DNA from: Bugula neritina
Taxonomy: Eukaryota > Animalia > Bryozoa
Assembly: GCA_964035545.1 (NCBI GenBank)
Contig: OZ037770.1
Location: 3,566,662 to 3,630,661, forward strand
DNA length: 64,000 bases
Direction: 5' to 3'
Positions within the stretch are counted from its first letter, which is position 1. Each line of letters starts with the position of its first letter. This document shows, one piece after another, positions 25,601 to 40,600 of this stretch. The notes under the pieces are model-generated. The model saw nothing but the letters and a program-made list of their open reading frames with translations, did no database searches and was not told the DNA's origin. The position numbers and the translations under genes are program-made.

Positions 25601-28600
25601 AAGTAAAAATACAACGTCTTTGTCATATATGAGCTAAATAGCAATTTATTTCAAATTAGCATGCCTATCAAAAAGGTTTGTTGAGCTGTCAATTTGATAG
25701 TTATTAATTTTTCACTTTTAAAACTTTAGCTTTGTTTTTTAACATTAGAAAATGGGTCAAAAAACCTTGATAAAACAACACTATGGCTTCTTAACATAAT
25801 TCAATTGCTTTAATATTAACACATCATTTATCTAAATATTGATATTTTTGCTTTCAAAAGCTACTTCTACAATCAGCATATTTGACTTTTTCTCTAAAAA
25901 AATTGTAAACAAATTTTATGAATGAGAATCTATTTCATGCTGGGGGAAGTAATACATCTATTAGAACAGTGGTTCTTTACATTTTCATACCAATCTCCTT
26001 TTATAAACATTTACTATTATTTTCTCCCCGTTTAATGAGCTATGTTGGGTGCACTGGAATACTATTGGCTGAAACTGATTTGGTAGAAGAAGTTAATTCT
26101 ACGTTTGATGGTCTCCCAAAAGTTCCAAAGAGAAAAAATTTCCTCAGAATGTGCCAGGTCTGAGAATATAGGTAAAAGAGCTGTGAAGAAGTCAGTTTTT
26201 GATGAAAGTGTAATCACTAGCATGGAAGACCTTGAAAAGATGTTGACTAATATTTCAGAGAGCTCAAGAACAGCAAAACCTGTGGGTCATGCGCTCTATC
26301 ATACCAACTTTTACCATCAACACTTGCATCATTATAGCTGATGGGGAAAAAGACTGGACCTTACACCTAGCAAGGGAAAAGGAAATGTACTATCTGCGTA
26401 GCATGGAGGTCATACCACAAGCTGCAAAGATTGAATTCTCAGCTGGTAACCACACAGTGCATCATAAACACAGCCAGCTGGGCGGCATCTGGTCAGACAT
26501 GGCCATTGAGGTGACCTTTGTGAGATTTGGTCACAGCAAAGGGAAATCATTGGCATTACCGTACTAAACCTGAAACTTTCAAGATGTGGGTGTACAGTAC
26601 TTCTGCATGCAACAAGATACAGTAAGGCCTCAGTGACATCAAAGATGAGTCTGAAATACATGCTTTCACTACTCATAAGGATGATATGCAATTCAATCTG
26701 ATTCAAAGAACAGAGAGTGTGTCAAAAGGAAGATTGAACTCTGCAATGACCCACTTAAAGAAGGATGCCACCCAGTTGCTCTTGTCAATATTGAAACAGA
26801 GAAAGTCATCAGTTATTTAACAATTTTTATTGACAATATTTCCGCTATAGGTAAAGGGTCTATGCAAGAATTCAAAGTGAACTGGTCAGAGGGGTTAAAT
26901 AATTCTTTGTCATCTGAAGTTAAAAAAAATGATATCATCTCAAAACATATTAAAATTTCTAATACCACTGTGCATGATACTGAAGTCATATATGCCCGAG
27001 CCATTGCACTCAAGCACACTAAGAATTTAGACGCAGACTCTTTAATGGCTCATAAACTTGCAGCATTGCCACCTTCTACATTCAAGGAAGCATGGAAAAT
27101 AAGAGAAGCTAGGACCAAGTCAATTCTCAGAAAATCTGTGAAATTTTGAATTTTCAGAACAGTTCGCGACAAGATGATAAGAAAATTCCCACCAAGCTAG
27201 AGAGTATGTTAAAAAAGTTGTGTGCTAAAGAGCCAAGACAGTGGCATCGGTTCATCAATGCGGCTCTATTTGCATATAGAGAAGTCCCACAGGAATCAAC
27301 AGGCTTCGCCCCATTCGAGTTACTCTATGGAAGAACTGTGCGTGAACCAATGTACATCCTGCGACAACTTTGGACAAAAGAAGACACTGCCGATGAAGTC
27401 AAGACCTGCTATCAACATGTTTTTGAGTTAAGAGAGCGTTTGGATGAAATGATGGAGATGGCACTAGCCTCGCTAAAAGACAGTCAAAAAAGATACAAAA
27501 ACTATTTTGACAAGAAAGCTAAGCAGAGAGACTTCAAACCTGGTGACAAAGTGCTCATTCTTCTACCTACGGATAGAAATAACTTGTTGATGCATTGGCA
27601 AGGACCATTCAATATTGAGGAGAAAGTCAGACTGAATGACTACATTATCAACATTACAGGCAAGAGGAGAACATACCATGCCAACATGCTGAAGAAATAT
27701 TTTGAGAGGGAGACGCCTACCTACCCTATGACTGTTGGAGCTGTGATGACTTCAGATGCTGCTAGTACTGGAATTATTGATCGTGATGAGGAAAGAGAAG
27801 AAGGCCAAGATGATTTGTTGGACGTGTACAGTAAGAAACAGCAGAGTGATGAGATGGGCTATGTAATTACACAACTTCAGAATCAAGGTGGAGTGAATCA
27901 AAGGAAAGGACAATGTTGGAGCCGATTATCTAAGCCGAATTGACTCAGAATTTTAAGTAGTAAGGATAAATTATCAAGATAATTTCTCTTAGAATGGGGG
28001 GTTGTCACAAATTCTGAGTGTACATATACCTATAGACTTACCGGGTTTTTCCTAATGATTATACACGAATGTTCATAAATATTCTAGACTGATCAAAGAG
28101 ATGGGTCATTGTTCATTGTTGTTCTTTTCATTAGTCATGTTAACTACTGCCCAGCAATGTAAACAAGGTGTTGCGCAATAATTGCGAAATAACCATGGAA
28201 ATTCCAATGTTTTGTTTTGTTTTGATTTTCTATCTTAATAGTATTGGCATGTGGGGAATGTTTTCTACTAGAATTTTCTCTACTGGAATGCTTGAGAATG
28301 TACTAGAGTGTTTTGTTTACTATAAATACTGAGGCAGTTGTGCTTACAAATCAGTTCATTTTTATAAGTTCATCTGTGTATATCTTACAGGAGAAATAAA
28401 GTATACTTATATTCACAACTCTATTTACTCTCAACTGGATTAGCAGGCTGTATGCTAATTGTCTATACACTTCTGACTGCCAGACTTTTCGAACTTGTCA
28501 CACTGCTACCAACAGTTTTGTGACAGTCAAAGACAAAAAGCAAGATAAGTGCAAATGAGATGAGAATGCTTTGACACATTTACAATATAGATTGGGACGA

Positions 28601-31600
28601 ATATGTAACAAATGATAGTATAAGGGAGGAAGCCAAAATAGAAGCCATCGTAATAGACATGAGGAGGAGACCTCTTCAGTGGTATGAAAATGTGTGCATA
28701 AAAGATAGGGAAGAAGATAATATAATGGGGGCTAAGATGAAGATACAGAAAAAGAGAAAAAGAGTGAAGCCAAAGAAAAAGTTAATGGATACAGTGAAGG
28801 ATGACATACTGAAATGTGGCCTCCCAGATAAAGATGTTGACCACAGAATCAGATGACACTCTCTGATAGCACTTGGTGCCCTGCAAAACCACTACCCATC
28901 TTGGACCACGACGTACTAGTTGAGAAAGTCTGAGACAAAACTCTATAATAGACAATTTGCTGCTTTTCCAAGGCCTTTCAGGGTGTGATACAGTGGTGAT
29001 AATGTAACATGTTGAAAAGAGAGTCTTGGTCAAAAGAAGATGTGATTTCGTGACATTAGTGCTTCTTTTCAGGATGACTGTTCATACAAGCTATCAGGTT
29101 TGGTGACTAGTCAATATTCCGAAGGCCTATTGCTCCAAAGGTCCATTATTCCGAAGGTCCATTGGTCCGAAGGTGCATTGTTCCAAAAGTGCATTAGTCC
29201 GAAAATTAGTAGATATAGTATTATATCACTGAGAATATCATAAATTTCACTCACAATCTTGCTATATTATTGCTAGCTGTGGGTGGCATGCATGTGGCCT
29301 ACTTGTAATTAAGGGCTGCATCATCTATCAACATTCCACTGTGGATGCTCTATAAACTAAGTACACAGCAAGCTATTCACTAGCCTGTCAGCTAGCAAGC
29401 CTGTAATTAGTAACCTATGCATTAGTATCTCCTCATCTCCAAGTGCTCACTGAAGTATGAAGTGTTGTGCAAGGGTGATATAATAAGTATTTTTAATTCA
29501 CAGTTTATATAAAAATAACAGCTATAAGCAATGAACTCATAATATCCAGTTCATTGGCTATAGTGATTGCAGTCAGTCAGCTTACATAGGCCCTTCATAT
29601 GTTGACTACTAATTGAAAAACTAAAGTAAAAAATATTAAAGCCAAGCAGACATTTTGGGTCTACTGTACTGTATTTATGATAAGTTTGGTAAAAGTTAAC
29701 TTCATATTTTATAAAAAATAGTTTGCATTTGAAGTTGGCGTCAAAAAATTATTGGTATTGAATGAAATAGTAAATTTCTGGCTTGGCAGTTAACTATTTG
29801 ATATCACATATTTGATCTCTAAAATTATCTGTAAGCTGCTAAACTGCATTATTCTATGCTATTATTCTTAATATCAGTAAATACAAGCATTGGAGACAAA
29901 AAAAAATAAACATCTTGCACGCCACTCTAAAATCAAATAACCAAAGCTGCACGCCAAACCAAACAACCCCACAAGATATGTAGATGAGGGCAACATTATT
30001 AGTATATAAGAATTCAGATCTGCCAAATAGAACCTCACCTAAACTAAAATTTGAAAACCATGTTATAGATTTTCCTGTTGCTCAGAGCAACTATTTTGAA
30101 ATGTTCAATATAAATAGTTTTAATTCTAATAATGATTCTACTAATTCGGACTAATGCACCTTCGGAACAATGCACCTTCGGAATATTGCTCCGTCCCCAT
30201 CAGGTTTATGCTATGTTGCTACAATTATGCAAAGTGCTCTTCCATTACATCTACAAGACAAAAGGCTTGGAAAACCAAGGTCTGAAATGCTGTTTGAGAT
30301 GTGCCTTTAACTTATGTACTTTGCCTCCTACAGATGAAGCTATTGTCACCAGAGCACACCTTTATATGAAACTGCAGCATTAAACCCCTTAAATAACATT
30401 GGTGGATGAAAGAGGATCTAATAAAATTTCTTTTCCCAAAATGAGTAGGAAATGATGTGCTTATACATGCACCAGACAGTATTATGAAGTGGATCCTTTT
30501 ACTTAATTTGGTGTACACTCTATGACTAGTTTTTGGCGATTTTTTACAATTTAGCTGCTAATGTATATACATTTCTGCCTTAAACTATTAAAATTTTAAC
30601 AAATAAAACTTAAAAATTAAGGCTTTTCAATTATGCATGATTTTCAATGTTTTTCCTAATTTATTAGTACATTGAGATATTATATGGACAGTGATGGTTC
30701 ACAAACATATATTCACCTTGTATGACAATGACGCAGCACTTAAACGTTGCAAGACCTTCTCCCAGTCTTTTAATGCTATGTATAGTTAGAATCAGCAAAT
30801 TCTATTACCCCATATAGTAAGTTTTCATGAATTTTGAGCAAACTTTAAAATGTTTGATCATAATCTGCTGATGTGTACTAAATAAATTAAAAGGACCAAA
30901 ATTCATTAAATACTCCCGTGGAAGCCAACAATCATGCAAAACAACAAGATATGGCTGTCCTAGTACATCTCTCTCATGCACAGAATTCTGCCCTTGTGAA
31001 GCAGTAACAGGAGTGTGCTGCAATGAACTAGCATTTCTAACAAATGTTAACGGTGGAAAAAAAAGGTGTTCAATATGAACATGAGCGAAAGTTAGTCACA
31101 TCTGTATGAGTATATATATGTTCTAGTTTAACTTTAGCTGAGCAATATCCTTCTGTATCTTTTTTCACTTTCTATTCACTCACAATAAGCAATGTTTTTC
31201 ATTATATATCTGTCCAAATAATTATTCAAAAACCTTGTATCATTTCTCTGTACCATATGTGATGTTTTATTGAAGCAATTACGATTTTTAAGCTGGGCAA
31301 CATGTTTCTTGGCTCTTTTCTTTCATCTTTTTTTACTGGCAGAGCGCATATTCATTCCAAAATTGCAAATCAATTTGAATCATCAAAAAAATTTTGTTGC
31401 TGCAACATAATATATACTTTATGCCTACAAAATTACGATTTTTTCATAATTGAAGCCATCTTAGATTTCTCAAAATGCTCCAAGATGGCAGGTTCACACC
31501 CACCTGAAAACATTTACTTGGACCTTCAAGATAAAAAATCGAGAGAGAAAAAAACTTTATCTGAGATCGCTATATAATACAGTTATAATCAAATTATAAT

Positions 31601-34600
31601 TATAGAAACAAAGCTATCCTGTTTAAGTCTGCATGAAGTACTAAAAAAAATATGTCAGGGAAAACACACTACTCTATATTTTTTGCTCTACCATCATAAT
31701 GTAATTTAACTGTGTAACTATTTTGCTGAAACGAATGAGTTAACAAATATCTTAAATGGTAAGTCTATAGTGACACACAAACCTCTCAGGTAGCTCAGAT
31801 AATTTACAGTTCCCCCCCACTAACAATTTACATTGATATAACGTTGTATAAACGTTGGAAAAAACGTTTATTAAATGTTTAAATGTCGACACATTTTTGT
31901 ACTATATACAACGTTTGAAACAAACGTTTATCGCAAAACGTTTTACCAACCTTTCATAAACGTTGCGTTGCATAACGTTGTGTAGATGTTTTTCATACAA
32001 CGTTGGTGAAAGGTTGCGATCCAACATTGCGTAAATGTTTAAATTTAAATGTATCTCTTTGTCTCGCACAACGTTTAGGCAACAACGTTTTCTGCAAACT
32101 ATTTTACCAACGTTTCATAAACAAGTCATACAAACGTTGCCATAACATTGCTTCGGCAACGTTTTTATAATGTTGCAAAGCAAGCGTTATCTAGATGTTT
32201 AAATGTAGATGTTATTTAGCTTTTTTATCTAAAACGTTCTATAAACAACTTTTCATAAATGTTATTATAATGTTGTATAAACTCTATGCAGCATTGCAAA
32301 TTTAGGTTATTATAATTATTTGGCAAGGTTTACATAACCATTGCTATATTAAAATATATATAGCAGTATAATATATACAAGTGGAAGTTTTACGTTGTGT
32401 GTTGATAACTTTATTGTTTAAAAGTAAAGAGCAATAATTACAAAAAATAATTGTTACTAAAAAAACATGTGCAACCTAATATAAAGACTTATTTGGCAAT
32501 TTAAATGAGCTAAAATAAATTAAATATAAAAAATGTGGCTAAATAAGTAGATAAATAAATTCATATTGGAGCTAATGCAAAAATTATAGATAGCAACAGG
32601 TCATAAGAAATACACAAAAAATTTAAGCAGCCAAAAAAGTAAAGCTAATTTACAAATGTTGATTCAAAACATAGCTATTTAGTAAAGTCAACAAAGAAAA
32701 CATTTCTGTATATAAGCAAGTAAACGGAATAATACAAATTATCATTTTAGAACGCTAAACCCTTTATATCCAAAGCTGAACATTAGCAATGAGCTTTATT
32801 TACGCTTTGGAGATTTAAAGTTATTTTAGCTTTCTAATTATTAAGCTTCATCCAAAATTGAGGTCCGGCTTAATGTTACAGAATATAGGCTTCTGAAGAC
32901 TGTGAATTCAGTCTGCTCATTCTTTTCCTCAAAATATATATTTAAGGCTTCAAAGTCTTGCTGCTCTTTACAGTAAGATGGTGACCACCTACAAAGCAAC
33001 AAGAATACTGACTAAAAACAAAAAAACATTCAATGTAAATGTATATCTAAACTGTAGTAAAATGAAGTCGTGTTTAAGAATATGTTGTGAAAATGGATGG
33101 GCAAATTCAAATTTTTGTTTATTTTTCTATAAAGATGACAAAAAAATTTGATGTATTCCTAAATGGGTAGGCAACTTTGACCTTATGTGCATTTCACTAT
33201 AAAATGACAAACAAGGGTGATCAGAAATAGGTGACAACTTCAAGTTTATGTAAGTTTTGCTATAAAGATCGCAAACAAGACAGTTCTTAAAATGGGCAGG
33301 CAACTTCACTTTTACTTAGATTTTATTATAAAAATGACTAACAAGAAAGTTGGAAAATGCGTGGACAACTTCAATTTTATGTACATTTCACCATAAAATA
33401 ATATGACAAACAGGAAAGTTGGTAATTGACTGGCCAACTTCAATTGTATTAATTACATTTCACTATAAACAACTAGCAAAAAAGTTAAATGGGTGGGCAA
33501 CTTCAATTTCATGTACATTTTACTATGAAAATGACTAACAGAACATTGAAAAATGAATGGACAACTTCAAGTTTAGGAACATTTTGCCATAAATATGACA
33601 AACAATAAAATTAGGAAATGGGTGGGCAACTTCAAGTTTATGTACATCTCACCATAAAATAATATGACAAACAAGAAAGTTGGTAATTGACTGGCCAACT
33701 TCAATTGTATTTACATTTCATTATAAACATGACTAGCAAAAAACTTTAAATGGGTGGGCAATTTCAATTTCATGTACATATTACTATGAAAATGACTAAC
33801 AGAACATTGGAAAATGGGTGAGCAACTTCAAGTTTATGAACATTTTGCCATAGATGACCAGCAATAAAATTAGAAAATGGGTGGGCAACTTCAAGTTTAT
33901 GTACATTTCACCATTCAGATGGCAAATAAGGGTGTTCAGAAATTGGTGGACAACCTCAATTTTATGTATATTTCACTATAAAGATGGCAAGCAAGACTGT
34001 TCAGATATTGGTGGGTATTTTTAATTATTTTACATTTCACTATAAATATAAAAAAGATTGTTCAGAGATTGGTGGGTACCTTCAATTTAGTATAAATTTT
34101 GTGTACATTTAACTATAAAAATGACTAACAATAGTGCTTGGAATTGGGTGTGCAAGCTTGACTTTATGCTAGTTTTACTAAAAAGATGACTAACAAAACA
34201 GTTGGAACATAGGTAGGCAACTTCACCTACATTTTGCTATAATGATTATTAAAATAATGTCTGATCATAGGTGGGCGACCTCACCTTCATACATACTGTT
34301 CTATAAAGATGACTAATAATTGGAAACTTGTGAAAATAGGTGGGCAACTTCTAATTCATGCACATTTTACTATAAAAATGACCAACAAGAAAATGGGGAA
34401 ATGGGTAAGCAACTTCCAGTTCAATTCCAATAACTTACTGCTAAATATTACACTTTTCAAACAATTATTGATATAATGACCTAACTTTTTAAATAATATT
34501 ATCAGTGCATAACTTATTTATTTTTATTTATTAACTAAAACTTTAAACTTTTTGAAAAGTTTGGTCAATATTATAAGGCAAGAAGTGATGTATTAAATAC

Positions 34601-37600
34601 TACTTTCAAACATTACAAGCTTCAAATAATCAGAATTGGGCTCACCAACCTATCAATAAGTTCACATAGTGGCACCTGTGCATTCCTTCATATACAGTGT
34701 GTAAATTACAGATAACTTCATTGGTATGACTATAAATTTACCTAAATAGCCAAGTACATGGAAATAGCTAAACTCCTATCATTCAATGAAAGCAAGGTAT
34801 AGATTGGTTCTTCTTGATGCACAGCCTGGGTAATTTTCTTATCAAGTAATCACAGGTGTGAGAATGGCTCAAGGGAAATTATTATTTTCAGCCTACAAAT
34901 AATAAAATATGCACAGATTAAACTAATAATTAAAATAGATTTTAACAAACTAGTTTCTGGCAAAAAAGGAATATTTTGGAAAAAACTATAATGGTATAGG
35001 TTGAAGGAGTTAGGTGCAAAATGCATAACTCTGTTCATGAAAACATTAATTATGCATGTGTACAGTATTCGAGCTATAAAATTTCTATATTATTTAAACT
35101 ACTTGCTTGGAGCAAAATCAGCAACTTGGAATAATTTGAGGAATAAAATTTATGGAGATGATTAAACAACTTCAATTTGATGTAGGTTATACTGTCATTT
35201 TAATTAACTTTCTTTAAATTTTATCAGTGACTTTGGCTCCAAGTCGCAAATTTAATATTTCAGTAATTAAAGAATAAATAGCAATTATACACACAGAGTT
35301 AAATAAATTGTGTCAAATTCATATTCAAGTTTTTTCTCTAAAATTATCTGGTAACTATTAATTTGTTCACAACTATGCTGATTGCATGTGTTAATCACTG
35401 TGTCGTGACACTCATGCATGAACAGATATAATCTACAAGCACATATTGCTTGTTTTATAATAAACACAATATGAAGTATAATCTGAATTATTCTAGAAAA
35501 AATTAGCAGTAATTTGGAGTTATTTATCCACTAAAGCTTTATAAAGTGGGTACGAAACTTTTAATTTATGTATGATCTACTAACCACTATGCCATAACTT
35601 GATGATTTTTGTTCAATTAAACAGAATTGCGTTGTCAAAGAAAAGGTGCAACCTGCATATATAGATAAAAGCATGAAAAATTGCCTTTAGTATCCGTGTT
35701 CAAACAATGAATTATTATACATAACATTTGATTAAATCAAAGACTATAACAAAGTTGTTATTTAAGGCGATTTTAAAAAGTAAGTAGGCAACCTAAATTT
35801 ATTGTAAATTTTACTGTAATGATGACCAGCACAAATGTTGTGAAGAAGGTAGGAAACTTCAATTCAAAATAGGTAATCATGCACTCTGTCTAATGAAACT
35901 GGCACAGGCTAAAAGGGCATAGGTAATAACTAATAATGGCACAAGTAATTTAATGGAAAAATGAAATATTGCAGTCATTAAGTACCTTGATGATCAATTT
36001 AAACATGTAAAATTTTCAATCAACTCGAAAATTATTTTACAATAACCTATGAGAAAAAAGCAAAGTACTATCTTTCAATAGTTGCTTTTAAAATTTAAAA
36101 GACTGTATTCATAATTATTATTTATAGATTGCAAGCAATCTAAGCATTGTACCTAGCTTCACCAACATAATTACAAGAATAATATGGTTGGGAGTTGTGC
36201 TCACCATTTAATCAAACATGGTGGAACTTGTGCATTTCACAAATTTACAGTATGTGCATAATTGGTACTATTACAAATTACCTTCTTAGCCAAATTATAC
36301 TTGGAAATTGCTGAAATCCTATCTATCCGCCTATGCAGTTCTAGTTGATGCCGAGCCTAGATATTTTTATTAGCTTCAAGTAGTCACAGGTGTGATAATA
36401 GCCTGAAGAAAATTCATACTTGTATTCCTGCAAATAATATACACATTTAATAGACTGCAACAAACGTTTTATTGAACAAAAAGCAACAATCTTTTGAAAA
36501 GACTCTGTACTTAAATATAGTTGCTTATGGAAGAGATTCAAGATGCTTGTACAATCATAAAATTGATAAAAATGATCACCATGTGCATTTTATTTCTGCT
36601 ACGTTTATTCCACGTCATATAAAATACTTGCGTAATGAATAGAAGTAGCACTTTATAGTGTTTACTTAGCATCCTTCTTTCCAACTTCAGAGTCAGAATG
36701 CTTTTCCATATTAGAGTAATCAATATAACCAAAGTAGTGAAAAGGATTATCTGAAAAGAAAAATTTGTGAACTTACAAATATGAAATAATAAGATAATAA
36801 TATATATTGATATTAACATAGACTATAAAATTTAATTAAAACGAAATTTTTTTTGATTGAAAAACAAATTTTGCAAATAAGTTGCTTTTAAAAATTAATG
36901 TAGGAATATATACATTTACATTAGATTAGCAATAACTTGACATTACATTTATTTAAGACATAAGTTTACAAACATTTTCAATTTATCATCTATAATACAA
37001 TTATTATTTTTAATATTATTAACTCTTAAGTTTAAAAGTTTGAAATTAAATTCAACATGGGAGATTCGAGACCTCTAGCTTTAAATTAAAAACTACTGAG
37101 ACAATGAAATTAAATACATCTATAGTTCTACTGGTCTAACTTTAAGTTACACCTCTTATAGTAGTACTAGTAGTAGTAGTACTATAAGGATGATAAATTA
37201 ACGTTTAACTTATAACTATAGTCTCACTGATCATAGTGTTAGTTAAGAGATAAACTTGAGTATATATAATGGTAATTCTTCATTAATATTACAGTTTTCT
37301 ATTAAGTTGCGTCTGATAACTTATTACATTTGTAAGTGATACCAAATATATGTTTAGTGGTCTAACCTGTATTTTGGCGAATCTCCATGTTTTTCAAATC
37401 TTTAAATAAACCCCTGTGGAAGGGCAGTTCGAAAGTCTTTCTACAACCAGCTATTAAAGAAAGTGTATTATTAGCTTGCATTAAAAGCCAACAATGCTCT
37501 GTATAGCCTGAAATAATGGCTTGTTGTATGTAATCCTTTCAGTAAAAGCTATTCCTTTTATGCAAAATTTGCTTTATTTGTGCACCTAAGTAACTTCTTA

Positions 37601-40600
37601 AGAGTACACCGCGCATTGAAATAATTTCTTTGTTCAAATACCCACTGTACACCTAGCTTATAATTTATAGCCAGTATACAGATTATACACTGTATACACT
37701 AACGTTTAAGCTATGAGCAAGTTTCAGAATATGGTATCATATTTTCAGGATCGAATAAGTGCATGGCGAAAATTCATGGTTATGTGCTGGTTATTTGGAG
37801 AAGTTTAGAAGAAATGTTGCCAATTAAGAATATGTTTAACTTTAATATTGCAAATTACCAGATGCCTGAAGTTTTGAAATTTTAGTATTTTGCATCAAAC
37901 TTAGGCAAAAATTTTATGCTTTAACAAAATAACCACATATACCCCATTCTAACATTGCAAAGACAGATGTTACCAAGTTGATACATGACTTGTGCCAGCA
38001 GCTTAAACCAAAATATAATAATAATATTATTTGATGGGTGTACATAAATTTTGTTGATAACTAAACAATTTTTTAAAAATTGGCTCAAAACTGTTGGTTT
38101 TACACAATTTTTTTATGTACACACAGTATGTGAATCACACCAATAGTGAGTCAAACTGATTTAATAGACTAATTATTCCAATTTGTTGGCAATTTTGAAA
38201 TAAAGTTGAAATGTAATTTTTAATGATTGGCTTGTTTATAAAGTCACAGTTTATTTTAATGATGTCGAAATTTACAACTTTATTTCATTATCTCACCATA
38301 TAAAATTCCAAAATTTCTATTGAAAACTGCATGCATCTAAAAATAGCTGAGTAACTGATTCTACTAGGGCATTATTTAGATTTACTTATTTGAATTTATG
38401 TCTTAACCCTTCCCAGATCACAGATACATGTATTATGTCTTTTTAAGCTTTTTTATTCACAGGTTAATTGAGCGAGTACGCCCAGTAAATGTACAAATGA
38501 TACCGCCTATGTTAAAGTTTTAGCTTTAGACCAAATTACTTCAAGATTTATATAAGCAATGTTAAAAATGCACCTCAGTAGTTTATAGATCATTATAGAC
38601 AATAAATCTGAATAAATGAAAAGCTACAAAGCCAGCTAATAACTTTTAATTCAATACCAGAATACTAAAATTAGCAGTACATTTTGCATTGTTTTTATAA
38701 CTTAAAAGAGTTAGCTATTTGGCAGCCTTGTAGAATTAAACGCAATGACTCTGAAAAGTTAAAAGGTTAAATGAATCATACGTAAATTTGCTAATAATTG
38801 AAAGAAATAATGTCTGGACTGTTATTATGAACTATATAGCATTGAATGGGTTTAATAACAGGGTTGATTTGGAGACTTTATAACACCAACATTTATAAAA
38901 GTACTCTTTGATCATTAGACCAGTCTTAATAGTTAATACATCAATGGATCTCTTGAAAGATTTTTCATCAAATAATATATTTGTAATTTACCGGTATATG
39001 TTGTACGACTAAAATAATGGAAATTCATTTAAAATTGTGTTTGGCAAAATATACAGTACTTCGATTAGGTTAGCATATGATTATCACATACAATAGATAC
39101 CTTTTCATGTACGGCTCACAAATATAATGTTATATAACAATGCTAACTAAAAAAACTATGATTGATCAACTTTTATTCAGTTGTAAAGTTAGTTGGTTTT
39201 TAAATTTTTATCCTAATAACTGTTTATAACTCATTGCTCAACTTGTTGCGCCTAAAGTCATTCCTGAATGAACTACTTGCATTCAAGGCTGGAGTAACTA
39301 TTAAAGCTGCTTGACTATTAGGTTTTTAAGGTGCTTTAGTCAGGTTTGAGATTTGGAGTTATATAACTATATATTATAACTATTTATACGTCAACCTAAA
39401 AGATTGTCTTTATTTAAAATAGGGTGCTGTCCAGAATTAATAAATAGAGAGTGCAGATTGTCTTCAAAGTCCAGGTCTAAAGTTAAACATAAATATAAAT
39501 AGCTAATTGCTATATTTATATTTTTGCCACTATAAATTGGTTATCTACAAGCTGCTTAGCTGCCTCACTAGAAATTGTTATATATGGTAGCTAACTGTTT
39601 TAGCCAAAGCCAGTAGTCTTGGAAAGTAAAGCATATAAAGTATATACCCAGTGGTCAAAATATCCATGTGTAACCATCTGGTATAGTATTATTAAACAGG
39701 GCAACTTAGTCTAAACATTGCTCTTTTGTTTTACTGGAACTAACTACAGCTATAAGTTACTGCCGCTGAACTGAAACTATAGTTCTATAGTTACTGCTAC
39801 ATATTTATCTCAATCCTAAGTAAATAAGTCTTATAAATATTATGCTTTGATGCATTATTTCCATGTAATCTTAAAATTTAAGTAGGCTCTTACAATATTA
39901 TTATGTAATAGTCCTTCATTTGAATAAGCATTAAACTCCTTGTTTACTACTCAACAATAAACATATACGGTGCTCCTGCAAACATTTGGTTGTATAAACT
40001 ACATAAGCAAAGCATTAATATGGCCTACGTAGCTGAGTGATATTTTTGTAGTTTATTAGTTTACCTCAGTTGGAAGCAATGGGACTAATTTGAAATAATG
40101 ACCACTAAACACCAATCTGTCACATAATGAGACAAGACATTTTTTTCTACTACTGAATTTTAGTGCATATATATATCTTCTTTTAGCCAATCACTTGCAA
40201 TGATTTCAGGTAAAAATGGCACAGGTAAATATAGCACAGGTGATAATGGCACAAACGGAAAGTTAGGTAAAAATAACAAACTGATGTGAAATTTTCTCAA
40301 ACCCCAAGTCCAAACCACCCACCTGAAACCCAAGCTGCCAACCTTGGAATCCAACCCCAAACTGAAACCTCTATTCCAAACTCCGACCCCAAACCCTAAT
40401 TTTGAAAGTGTACCATTATTTGGTGATTAATCAATATTTGGAAGGCCCATTGCTTCGAAGGTGCATTAGTCCTAAAATTAGTAGAGATAGTATTATATCG
40501 CTGAGAATATCATAAATTTCACTTACGATCTTGCTATATTATTGCTAGCTGTAGGTGGCATGCGTGTGGCTTACTTGTAATTTTTTCAGCCTGAGATTAC

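Larger units (their letters stand above)
25000..31630 (+). mobile_element. Academ-type DNA transposon remnant with nested insertions
   Basis: Imperfect TIRs ~25170-25290 vs 31460-31577. Decayed transposase motifs LMSYVGCTGILLAETDL, DWTLHL, GIWSDMAIEVTF, GLSGCDTV, LPPTDEA..RAHL. Absent from the paralogous intron at 57908-58278. Confidence 0.7.

Noticed and set aside
33090-34420. Regularly spaced repeat resembling a CRISPR array
   Set aside because: The inter-core segments are homologous to each other rather than unique spacers, there are no cas genes, and the context is eukaryotic.
38403-38770. Possible piggyBac-type MITE (TTAA-CCCTT...AAGG-TTAA)
   Set aside because: Terminal inverted match too short and degenerate to support.
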